DNA from: Bacillota bacterium
GTDB taxonomy: Bacteria; Bacillota_I; Bacilli_A; RFN20; CAG-826
DNA length: 64,000 nucleotides
Assembly: GCA_030834445.1 (NCBI GenBank)
Contig: JAURFC010000001.1
Location: 150,544 to 214,543, forward strand
Reading direction: 5' to 3'
Positions 28,125-36,403 of the stretch are shown piece after piece. The position numbers and the translations under genes were made by a program. The notes beneath the pieces are model-generated. The model did not search any database. It was given only the letters and a program-made list of their open reading frames with translations, and had not been told where the DNA came from. The first letter of the stretch is position 1. Each line of letters opens with the position of its first letter.

Positions 28125-28391
28125 TTATTTCTTTTCTAATGCAATGTTATCGATATATTCTAAAAAACCTGAAGGTGTTTCACTGGATGTAGTTTCTGAA
28201 CTCGTCACCAAAATTTCTGACGAGGATGAGACCGAACTCATGTTATCTTCACTGGAAAATGCACCCACATCTAAGGTGAAAGGAACCACAATTGCGATGA
28301 AGGCTAGTGCCAACGATAAACTGACCGTGCTTAAGCGACGCAATTGGTAATACGAACGCTTACGGTGGTTTTTAAACAATTTATGCTTCAT
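28125..28391 (-). CDS. Small bitopic membrane protein at the ftsL position
   Basis: Basic N-terminus, one TM, Ser/Thr-rich tail; ATG 28391 overlaps the end of rsmH. Confidence 0.7.
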   Translation of the reverse strand: MKHKLFKNHRKRSYYQLRRLSTVSLSLALAFIAIVVPFTLDVGAFSSEDNMSSVSSSSEILVTSSETTSSETPSGFLEYIDNIALEKK

Positions 28392-29319
28392 ACGCAATCC
28401 TTTCTACGACACGAAAGGTCGCACTTTCAGAGCGAGGATTTCGGTTCATTTCTTCTAAACTCGGTTTAACAGGGTAGGGTTTGATTTCTTTAAACGTAGG
28501 TGTCGGAATGTCTTCAGGGCGTAAGGCGGGACCATGACGGTCCCCTTCAATGACGGTCCAAGAACGAAAAATTGATTTAACAAGGCGATCTTCGGTGGAG
28601 TGAAAAGAAATAACGCCGATTCTTCCTCCCAGAGCCATCCATGGTTTTAATGCGTTCAAGGTCGTTTCAAGACGTTGTAGTTCTTGATTGACTTCCATCC
28701 GTAAGGCTTGAAACACTTGTTTGGCGGGATGACCTTTTTTCTGTAACGCTTTTTTAGGTTTAGTTTGTTTAATGAGATCAACGAGTTCAAACGTGGTCGT
28801 AATCGGTTTTTGACTACGGCGATTCACAATTGCTTTGGCGATGGGATAAGCGAAGGTTTCATCCGCATAAACAGAAAAAATATGACTTAATTGACGCACA
28901 TCATAGGTGGCTAAAATACTTGCGGCGGTCAGCGTTTGTCGTTGATCCATCCGCATATCGAGTGGACCATCAAAACGATAACTAAACCCGCGTTCTGGTG
29001 TATCAAATTGGGGACTCGAAACACCTAAATCCATCAACACACCATCCACGTGCTCAACACCTAAGGTCGCAAAATGATCACTAGCATGAACAAAGTTATC
29101 ATGCACTAATTGCAAACAAGGAAAATGGTGTTGCAAAGGTTTTAAGGCATCAATAGCCGCTTTATCTTGGTCAAAACCAATGAACTGACCGGACGTTAAA
29201 GACGGTAAAAGCGCAGCGGCATGGCCGCCTCTTCCCATCGTCAAATCCGCATACGTCCCTGTTGCTTTTATCGGTAACATGGCTTTGACTTCCTCAAGAA
29301 AAACGGGAACATGTTCCAT
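28381..29319 (-). CDS. rsmH: 16S rRNA C1402 N4-methyltransferase RsmH (MraW)
   Basis: HVPV, DLGVSSPQ, RGFSY, LDMRMD, FQALRMEVN, SFHSTEDR. Confidence 0.97.
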   Translation of the reverse strand: MEHVPVFLEEVKAMLPIKATGTYADLTMGRGGHAAALLPSLTSGQFIGFDQDKAAIDALKPLQHHFPCLQLVHDNFVHASDHFATLGVEHVDGVLMDLGVSSPQFDTPERGFSYRFDGPLDMRMDQRQTLTAASILATYDVRQLSHIFSVYADETFAYPIAKAIVNRRSQKPITTTFELVDLIKQTKPKKALQKKGHPAKQVFQALRMEVNQELQRLETTLNALKPWMALGGRIGVISFHSTEDRLVKSIFRSWTVIEGDRHGPALRPEDIPTPTFKEIKPYPVKPSLEEMNRNPRSESATFRVVERIAYEA

Positions 29320-29744
29320 TATTTTTTCACTCCAGAGGGGTTAAATGTATCAAAACCCGCTTGGGCTTGTTTTTCATACGCAGTCCACGTTTCGGTATCC
29401 CAGACTTCAAGGTGATCTTGAACACCGAGAATCGTCATATTTTTTTGAAAACCATAGTGTTGTTGGGTTTCCACTGGAAGTTGAATGCGGCCATGATCAT
29501 CAATCGTTAATTCAATCACACTCGCTAAGGCAAGGCGAACAAACGGACGATTTTCAGGTTGCATGAAATCCATTTGTTTCAATTGAGCGACAAGGGATTC
29601 AAAGTTTTTGGCAGGATAAAGCGATAAGCAATGTTCAAATCCGCGTAACGCAAAAAGGGTTAACCCACATTCCGCACGCAGTTTTGCTGGAATGACAAGT
29701 CGACCTTTATCGTCTAGAGCGTATCGGAAACTACCAAAAAACAT
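29319..29744 (-). CDS. mraZ: Transcriptional regulator MraZ
   Basis: LDDKGRLVIP and IDDHGRIQLP repeats. Confidence 0.96.
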   Translation of the reverse strand: MFFGSFRYALDDKGRLVIPAKLRAECGLTLFALRGFEHCLSLYPAKNFESLVAQLKQMDFMQPENRPFVRLALASVIELTIDDHGRIQLPVETQQHYGFQKNMTILGVQDHLEVWDTETWTAYEKQAQAGFDTFNPSGVKK

Positions 29745-29748
29745 GATT

Positions 29749-29780
29749 TCCCACTTTCTCCCACTTATGCCTTTATTATA
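29749..29780 (-). promoter_or_regulatory. dcw -10 box and MraZ-binding direct repeats
   Basis: TATAAT (29775-29780) followed by two AAGTGGGA repeats with 10-nt period just before the mraZ ATG. Confidence 0.75.
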
Positions 29781-29790
29781 AAGAGGACAT

Positions 29791-29828
29791 AAAAAAAAGC
29801 AAACATTATTTCTTTGTTTGCCTTTTTT
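29791..29828 (-). terminator. Intrinsic terminator after pheT
   Basis: GCAAACA/TGTTTGC stem flanked by A and T runs. Confidence 0.6.
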
Positions 29829-29839
29829 AAAAAAATGGA

Positions 29840-32227
29840 TTAACCGCGGAACTCAACACGGAATGCATTCAGCAATTCCGTTTTAATCTCATCCATCGTT
29901 GTTTGAATATCCCGATCGAGGAGTGTTTTTTGGCGATCAAGTAACTTGACACGAATGGCCATAGATTGGTATCCACTGGGAACATGCTCCCCTTGATAAA
30001 GATCAAAAACATCCACCGATTGTACGAGTGATTTTCCTGCTTTTTTGATGGCTTTCACCACTTTTTGAAAAGGAATATCTTGACGGATAATAAACGCAAG
30101 ATCTCGCGTGACAAAGGGAAATTTAGCCAGTTCATTTAAGCGAAGTGATGACGTTTTGGTTGCCATTAACATCGACATATTAAGGGTCATCATGACCACA
30201 GGAAACTTTCCAAACCCGAGTTGAGCATGGGTAACCGGGGAGAGTTCACCAAGATAGCCTGCTACCTGCCCTTGTAAAAGTAAGCGCGCACTACGGCCTG
30301 GATGATATACTTCCGGCTGTTCACGAAGCGGTTCCCATTGAAGACGAGACGGTTCTAAATAAAGTAACCCTAAAATGAGTTCGGCAACTCCTTTGATATC
30401 GTAAAATTCTACGGGCTTTGCTTGCAATAAACTTTGTTCTAATTTGGTGCCATACCAAACCACATTCACGTGTTCTTCATCCCCATCGGGAGAGGACATT
30501 AAACTCCATTCAAACATTTGCCCTTCAAGCGCTTGCCGTGAGACATTATAGATCGCGGTATCTAGCAACGATTTTAATCCTGAGGTTCGTACGAGTTGAC
30601 GTTCATCCGATAATGGATTTTTAATACGATACGCTGCTTTTTTTGAAGTAAAGGCAAACCCAGCCTCTCCTACTTCAGGCACGAGGGTATACGTTAAGCA
30701 TTCTTGAAACCCACGCGCTCTGAGCGATTCTTTAATGCGTTTTCGTTTAAGCTGAATGTCATTATAGCCACCCGCTTGTACCGGTTGAACCATCGGTTCA
30801 TGTTGAATCGAGTCAAAGCCTAATAAACGAATCACTTCTTCGGCTAAATCTGCGGAATGCTGAACATCTTTGCGGTGCACTGGGGGAATGATAAAATCGG
30901 ATTCCACGGTCATCCCTAAGCGATGAAAGACATCTTTCATCGCCTCGCTTGAAAACGTTGTTCCTAGTAAGGCATTGATGCGTTGCGGCTCAAAGGGAAT
31001 TCGCACGTTCTCACGTTGCGCACGATCAAGTGTCACGCACATTTCATACGTTTCAATGGTCGTCAATGACGCGATGAGCGCTTCGGTGAATGCGATCACG
31101 CGTTGGTATTGACTAAGATCGATTCCTTTGGCAAAGCGTTGCGAACTTTCAGAAATTAAATTTAAGCGCAAAGCTGTTTTTCGTATCGAAGCAGGATGGA
31201 ATTCGGCGGCTTCAATCCCAACATGTCGCGTGGTATCATCCACCGCACATGCCAACGATCCCATCACCCCCGCTAAGCACATCACCTGTCCTGAGGAAGA
31301 AATATGCAAATCATCGGGTAATAATTCGTAGGTTTTTTCATCCAACGCCACAAAGGTTGACGCGGGTTGACGGCCAACATCGAGTTGGGGTTGAGGCAGT
31401 TTATCCAGGTCATACATATGGAGCGGTTGGCCCGTCAATAACATGATGTAATTACCGATATCCACAAAGAAAGAAATGGGACGAACCCCACTGACCATTA
31501 ACCGTGATTTCATCCATGTGGGGGTTTCTACGGCTTGGACACCGCGTAATGTTTGTAAAGAAAATTGAGTAATCCGATCATCATGAACGTGAACGGCAAT
31601 CGATGCCGGTTTTCGCGGACCTTGATAAGGAGCAAGCGATTGCGGTAATAACTTAACTTGACACACGGCAGCGACTTCTTTTGCAAAGTTTTCTAAACTT
31701 AAGAGGTCTGGACGATTGGCAAGGAGTTTAACATGCAAAATCGTGTCATCCAAACCAAGATGGTCTAGGATGGCATCATCACCTAAAGGTGTCGATGGCG
31801 GTAAAACTTCAATGCCTTCCACTTGGTCTTTTCGTAAAAACTTATTGGGAATACCTAATTCATTAAGAGCACAAACCATCCCTTCTGACGCCACACCGCG
31901 AATGGTGGACGCTTGAATGGTTCCACCGGCGAGTTGGGCACCGGGTAAAGCCACAATTACGACTTGATTGACGTCAATATTGGGGGCACCACAGACAATC
32001 GAACGAATGCCGTGTTGAGCCGTATCGACCATGACATGATTGAGATGATCGGATCCTTCTACCGGTTTTTTGGAAACTACTTTACCAGTCGTGAGTTGAC
32101 TCGCTTGGGCAAACGGGGTGATATCTTCGACTTCAATCCCTGCGCGAATCAAGGCATCGGCGACCGCGTGTGGCGAGTGGGAAGAAAGATCGACTAAACT
32201 GGATAACCAGCGATATGATATTTGCAT
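29840..32227 (-). CDS. pheT: Phenylalanine--tRNA ligase beta subunit
   Basis: IVCGAPN, ANRPD, GQPLHMYD, DLAEEV.R, HPGRSA, RDLAF. Confidence 0.97.
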   Translation of the reverse strand: MQISYRWLSSLVDLSSHSPHAVADALIRAGIEVEDITPFAQASQLTTGKVVSKKPVEGSDHLNHVMVDTAQHGIRSIVCGAPNIDVNQVVIVALPGAQLAGGTIQASTIRGVASEGMVCALNELGIPNKFLRKDQVEGIEVLPPSTPLGDDAILDHLGLDDTILHVKLLANRPDLLSLENFAKEVAAVCQVKLLPQSLAPYQGPRKPASIAVHVHDDRITQFSLQTLRGVQAVETPTWMKSRLMVSGVRPISFFVDIGNYIMLLTGQPLHMYDLDKLPQPQLDVGRQPASTFVALDEKTYELLPDDLHISSSGQVMCLAGVMGSLACAVDDTTRHVGIEAAEFHPASIRKTALRLNLISESSQRFAKGIDLSQYQRVIAFTEALIASLTTIETYEMCVTLDRAQRENVRIPFEPQRINALLGTTFSSEAMKDVFHRLGMTVESDFIIPPVHRKDVQHSADLAEEVIRLLGFDSIQHEPMVQPVQAGGYNDIQLKRKRIKESLRARGFQECLTYTLVPEVGEAGFAFTSKKAAYRIKNPLSDERQLVRTSGLKSLLDTAIYNVSRQALEGQMFEWSLMSSPDGDEEHVNVVWYGTKLEQSLLQAKPVEFYDIKGVAELILGLLYLEPSRLQWEPLREQPEVYHPGRSARLLLQGQVAGYLGELSPVTHAQLGFGKFPVVMMTLNMSMLMATKTSSLRLNELAKFPFVTRDLAFIIRQDIPFQKVVKAIKKAGKSLVQSVDVFDLYQGEHVPSGYQSMAIRVKLLDRQKTLLDRDIQTTMDEIKTELLNAFRVEFRG

Positions 32228-32236
32228 ATAACTCTC

Positions 32237-33268
32237 CTATCGTCCTTGAAACTGCTTTAAAAAACGCAGATCATTTTGATAAAATTTTCGAATATCATCA
32301 ATACCATAACGTAACATGGCAACGCGTTCAATGCCGATGCCAAAGGCAAAACCGGTCATGGATTTTTCATCATAACCATTCATCGTAAGCACGCGTGGGT
32401 GCACCATGCCACCCCCTAAAATTTCAATCCAACCCGACCCTTTACAAATGGAGCAACCTTGACCGCCACAGGAAAAGCAGCTGACATCAATTTCCACACT
32501 CGGTTCCGTAAAAGGAAAGAAGCTTGGACGTAAGCGAATGTCTCGTTTTTCGCCAAAAAGTTTTTTGGCAAAAACGAGTAACGTATCTTTAAGGTGACCT
32601 AAGGTGACGTGTTCGCCAATGACAAGGCCTTCGATTTGACCAAATTGATGGGAATGCGTTGCATCATCTTCATCACGGCGATACACCTTGCCTGGACAAA
32701 TCACGCGAACAGGTTGTCCTTTTGCCGCCTCCATGACATGGGCTTGTACGGGTGAGGTATGCGTGCGCAGTAACGTATTATCGTCCATGTATAACGAATC
32801 TTGCATATCCCGGGCAGGATGATCTTTGGGGATATTGAGCAATTCAAAATTATAGTGATCGGATTCGACTTCTGGGCCTTCGGCAATCGCATACCCCATA
32901 CTGACAAAAATGTCGGAAATTTCTTCTTGAATGAGAAAAAAAGGATGGGCAGTTTTGACGGGTAAGCCGCGACCCGGTAACGTAATATCGATCGCTTCTT
33001 GTGCTAGTTTCTTTTGCAGTGCTTCTTTTTCCAAACCGACTTTTTTTTGCTCAAGGGCCTGGGTTAAGGTTTCCCGTGCTTCATTAATCCACGCGCCAAC
33101 GGATTTTTTTTCTTCCACGGTTAAATCTTTCATTAGACCAAATAAACTCATGAGTTCAGATTTTTTCGCTAAATAAAGATTACGAACTTCTAAAAGTTCT
33201 TCTAAGGTTAATGCGTTTTTAATCGCGTTGAGTCCTGCCTCAACAATGGCTTTAATGCGTTGTTCCAT
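32237..33268 (-). CDS. pheS: Phenylalanine--tRNA ligase alpha subunit
   Basis: [33 protein letters not shown]. Confidence 0.98.
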   Translation of the reverse strand: MEQRIKAIVEAGLNAIKNALTLEELLEVRNLYLAKKSELMSLFGLMKDLTVEEKKSVGAWINEARETLTQALEQKKVGLEKEALQKKLAQEAIDITLPGRGLPVKTAHPFFLIQEEISDIFVSMGYAIAEGPEVESDHYNFELLNIPKDHPARDMQDSLYMDDNTLLRTHTSPVQAHVMEAAKGQPVRVICPGKVYRRDEDDATHSHQFGQIEGLVIGEHVTLGHLKDTLLVFAKKLFGEKRDIRLRPSFFPFTEPSVEIDVSCFSCGGQGCSICKGSGWIEILGGGMVHPRVLTMNGYDEKSMTGFAFGIGIERVAMLRYGIDDIRKFYQNDLRFLKQFQGR

Positions 33269-33289
33269 ACGATTTTTTCCTTTCTAGAA

Positions 33290-33478
33290 ATAAAAAAAGT
33301 CATCCTGATGAGGAACGACATGTTGCCGTGGTACCATCCTCGTTCGGTTGACCGCTCTTAATTAATGAATGATAACGCCATTCGCGGTTAGCAACGGATG
33401 AAAGTGAAATTCAGATGCATTGAAGTGGTTTCACTCTTCACTTCTCCCTAATCAACATCCTACTAAGCTTTCGCTAAC
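33290..33478 (-). ncRNA. T-box riboswitch (Phe, specifier UUC)
   Basis: Variant AGGATGGTACCACG at 33327-33340; UUC at 33406-33408; terminator with U run; -10 TGcTATACT upstream. Confidence 0.85.
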
Positions 33479-33498
33479 GAAGTTAGTATAGCACGAAT

Positions 33499-34230
33499 TT
33501 AGGCGTGAATAAAATACGCAAAAATACCAAAAGCGATAGCGACATTTAGCGATTCCATACCCGACATCGGAATCGTAATCCGTTCATCTAATAACGATAA
33601 AGTTTCCGGATGTAATCCTTGGCCTTCATGACCGAGGATAAGGACACATTTTTCTGGTATTTTCCAGGATGGTAACGGCATTGAAGGCGATTGTAACGTG
33701 GTCCCTACGAGTGTATAACCTTGTGATTTTAACGCCTTTAATTCGGTGCGATTCATTTTAATGACCGGGAGTAAAAACGAGGCACCTTGTGAGCTTTGTA
33801 ACGTTTTAAATCCCCACGGATCCGCGGTGGTTTCTTGATAAAGAACGGCCGAAAAATCAAAGGCTTTGGCCGTACGAAGAATGGTTCCGACATTGCCAGG
33901 ATCTTGTAATCCGTCTAAATAAACAAGGCGATGACCCGTCCATGTGTTCAAGGAGGGACGCCGACATAGCCCTAAAATACCGGGCCATGATTTTTGTTGT
34001 GATAACATCGTACCGATGGCTTCGGAAATTAAAATATCCGCTTCCGGTTCCGTCATAGCGCGGCGCATGTCCACCAATGTTTTATCGAGTAGCCCTGCTC
34101 GACGTGCTTCTTCCACAAGGTGATCCCCTTCCACAAGAAAATGCGTTGCCGCAAAATCGCCTTTTTTTTGCGAGAGCAACCGCAATTGTTTAATCAAAGG
34201 ATTTTGTTTAGAAGTGATCGTGTTCGCCAT
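33499..34230 (-). CDS. TrmH/SpoU family RNA methyltransferase
   Basis: ITSKQNP, QDPGNVGTILRT, GHEGQG, ESLNVA. Confidence 0.93.
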   Translation of the reverse strand: MANTITSKQNPLIKQLRLLSQKKGDFAATHFLVEGDHLVEEARRAGLLDKTLVDMRRAMTEPEADILISEAIGTMLSQQKSWPGILGLCRRPSLNTWTGHRLVYLDGLQDPGNVGTILRTAKAFDFSAVLYQETTADPWGFKTLQSSQGASFLLPVIKMNRTELKALKSQGYTLVGTTLQSPSMPLPSWKIPEKCVLILGHEGQGLHPETLSLLDERITIPMSGMESLNVAIAFGIFAYFIHA

Positions 34231-34819
34231 TGGGAAATCCTTGTTTTAGTTTATCATGCCACATGCGATACTGGGGCATGATCCGTTGAAGGGTGCCATA
34301 AAAACGAGGTGAATGATCAAAATGAATCATATGCACACATTCATGGGCAAGCACCGCATCAATCACTTCAGGTTCATAGTGCGCAAGTTTTAAGGCAAGG
34401 GTAATTCGGTGAGTTCGCCGGGCGTAGGTTCCCCAACGCGTATGCATATCGCGAATCGTTAATCGAGGCAGCGGGTGATGCTCGAGCTGAAGTTGTTTCA
34501 TCCAATACGCTAAGCGAGGAAGTGCCCATCTCCGCAAGCGTTGTTTCACATAGTGTTGGCCGGCTTCCGCATCGTTTTCCCAAGGAATCCATGTACCAAA
34601 GAGACGTAAAAAACAAGGTTTTTCCGGTAAAACCGGATAACGGGCTAACAGTCGAGGCATCATTTTTTCTAATAACAGCAATAAATACGTTAATTCGAGT
34701 TTGAGAGGACTTGAGATAAAAATCGTATGACCGCGCATCCGAAAGGTAATGCGCTTCATCCGTTTCCATGTCAAAACGACAGGATAACGGTGGGAAGCAT
34801 AGACAATGTCGGCTTGCAA
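34208..34819 (-). CDS. YgjP/M48-like metal-dependent hydrolase (start uncertain; TTG 34819 chosen)
   Basis: MHTRWGT, HECVH (HExxH), HSPRFY. Confidence 0.8.
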   Translation of the reverse strand: MQADIVYASHRYPVVLTWKRMKRITFRMRGHTIFISSPLKLELTYLLLLLEKMMPRLLARYPVLPEKPCFLRLFGTWIPWENDAEAGQHYVKQRLRRWALPRLAYWMKQLQLEHHPLPRLTIRDMHTRWGTYARRTHRITLALKLAHYEPEVIDAVLAHECVHMIHFDHSPRFYGTLQRIMPQYRMWHDKLKQGFPNGEHDHF

Positions 34820-34826
34820 AGATCGC

Positions 34827-35900
34827 TTAGTCTTCAAATTTGCTTGCCGCGAGTTGGGCGACATGTTCAGGTTTGAATTGTTCAAGATAAGCAACGATGA
34901 GTTGGACCATCGCTTCGATATCGTCTTCGTGGACGAGGGAGGTATGGGAATGGAAATAACGGCATGGAAGTGAAAGTGTCATCGTGATGACACCATCGCG
35001 TTGTTTATGAATTTCCCCAGCATCGGTTCCCCCGACAACCATCATGTCATAGGTGTATTTAATCTTTTCTTGGATAGCCACTTTTTCAACCGCATCCAAT
35101 AAACCACGATGGGCAATGACGGTCGCATCCATTAAGGAAAGGGCCACACCTTTTCCTAATGCGGTATCCGCTTTGGGGACTCCGGGCATATCATTCGACA
35201 TCGTCACATCCAGTGCAAGGGCAATATCGGGTTGAATTTTATAGCTGGATGTTTTCGCGCCCCGTAAACCAATTTCTTCTTGGACGGTAAAGGCGGCCAC
35301 GACGTTAGGAACAATGGTCTTTTTTTCGAGACGTTTTAACACTTCTAGTTGCACGCCACAGCATACGCGATCATCCCACGCTTTGCCTAGAAGAAGTTTA
35401 GAGTCGTTTAAACGACGCGCTTCCATTTTTGGGGTAACCATATCACCAATTTGGATACCAAGTGCAAGAACGTCTTCTTTGCTCGCACAGCCAATATCTA
35501 AAAACATATCTTTGATTTCAATGACACGATTACGCACCTCGGCAGGCATCCCATGCGGTGGTTTGGAACCGACAATGCCTTCGACGGTTTTGCCAGAGCG
35601 GGTGGTAATTAAAAACACTTGGGCCAACATCACATGGCCCCACCAGCCTCCAACCGGTTGCATATGAACCATGCCTGAGGCTTCGATGGAGGAAATTAAA
35701 AATCCTACTTCATCCATATGTGCCGACAGCATAATCGTCACATCCGAGGTTCCTTTTTTGGTGGCAATCACCGAACCAAGTTGATCTTGATCGACATGAT
35801 CCACCATCGGGGTGACCACTTTTTTAATGTAGGCAGCGACTTTTTTTTCATGGCCAGGAATACCCGGCAAATTCGATAATTGACGTAACCATTCATTCAT
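34827..35900 (-). CDS. M42 family aminopeptidase
   Basis: AHMDEVG, KAWDDR, QEEIGLRGA, GGTDAG, RYFHS. Confidence 0.95.
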   Translation of the reverse strand: MNEWLRQLSNLPGIPGHEKKVAAYIKKVVTPMVDHVDQDQLGSVIATKKGTSDVTIMLSAHMDEVGFLISSIEASGMVHMQPVGGWWGHVMLAQVFLITTRSGKTVEGIVGSKPPHGMPAEVRNRVIEIKDMFLDIGCASKEDVLALGIQIGDMVTPKMEARRLNDSKLLLGKAWDDRVCCGVQLEVLKRLEKKTIVPNVVAAFTVQEEIGLRGAKTSSYKIQPDIALALDVTMSNDMPGVPKADTALGKGVALSLMDATVIAHRGLLDAVEKVAIQEKIKYTYDMMVVGGTDAGEIHKQRDGVITMTLSLPCRYFHSHTSLVHEDDIEAMVQLIVAYLEQFKPEHVAQLAASKFED

Positions 35901-35911
35901 ATGTGTTGCTC

Positions 35912-36403
35912 CTAATAATGCGTTTGTTGTCGGGTATAGTTTACCCCTAATTTTTGGAAATAACCAGCGATGACTCGTTGGTCATCAAAACCGAGTAATG
36001 GCATCATATTTAAATACGCTTGAAAGGCCGCTTCAAGCGTATTCGCAGTTGGGTTTTCTGTAAGAGCATAGATCGCCGCATAGACGATTAACGTTTGTTC
36101 TACGAGATCATGGGAGGGTGTAGTAATGTCATAATCACGTTTTTGTGAACCAAGGTCTAATCCTAATGAAAGAAGGAAATGAATACCATCGGCGTATTCA
36201 TCTAAAATGACGGCGCCTTCGGATGGTCCTTTTTTCGACCAAAACTTGAAAGCACGTGTTTCGTTAATGAGTTCACCGACTTCAACGAGTAACGCTAATA
36301 AGCGTTTTTTTCGTGTAGAAACATAATCAACGCCATGTTGGGATTGAATATGGGCATCGAGTTGTGCTTGTGCTTCAAAAAGCGGGGTTAACGCAATGTT
36401 CAT
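35912..36403 (-). CDS. Dimeric (all-alpha) dUTPase
   Basis: ALLVEVGELINETRAFKFWS, LDEYADGIHFLLS, N..RQ. Confidence 0.88.
   Translation of the reverse strand: MNIALTPLFEAQAQLDAHIQSQHGVDYVSTRKKRLLALLVEVGELINETRAFKFWSKKGPSEGAVILDEYADGIHFLLSLGLDLGSQKRDYDITTPSHDLVEQTLIVYAAIYALTENPTANTLEAAFQAYLNMMPLLGFDDQRVIAGYFQKLGVNYTRQQTHY

Noticed and set aside
34374-34769. 131-aa same-strand alternative-frame ORF in the YgjP-like gene
   Set aside because: The HExxH-containing frame explains the region; no independent signals.
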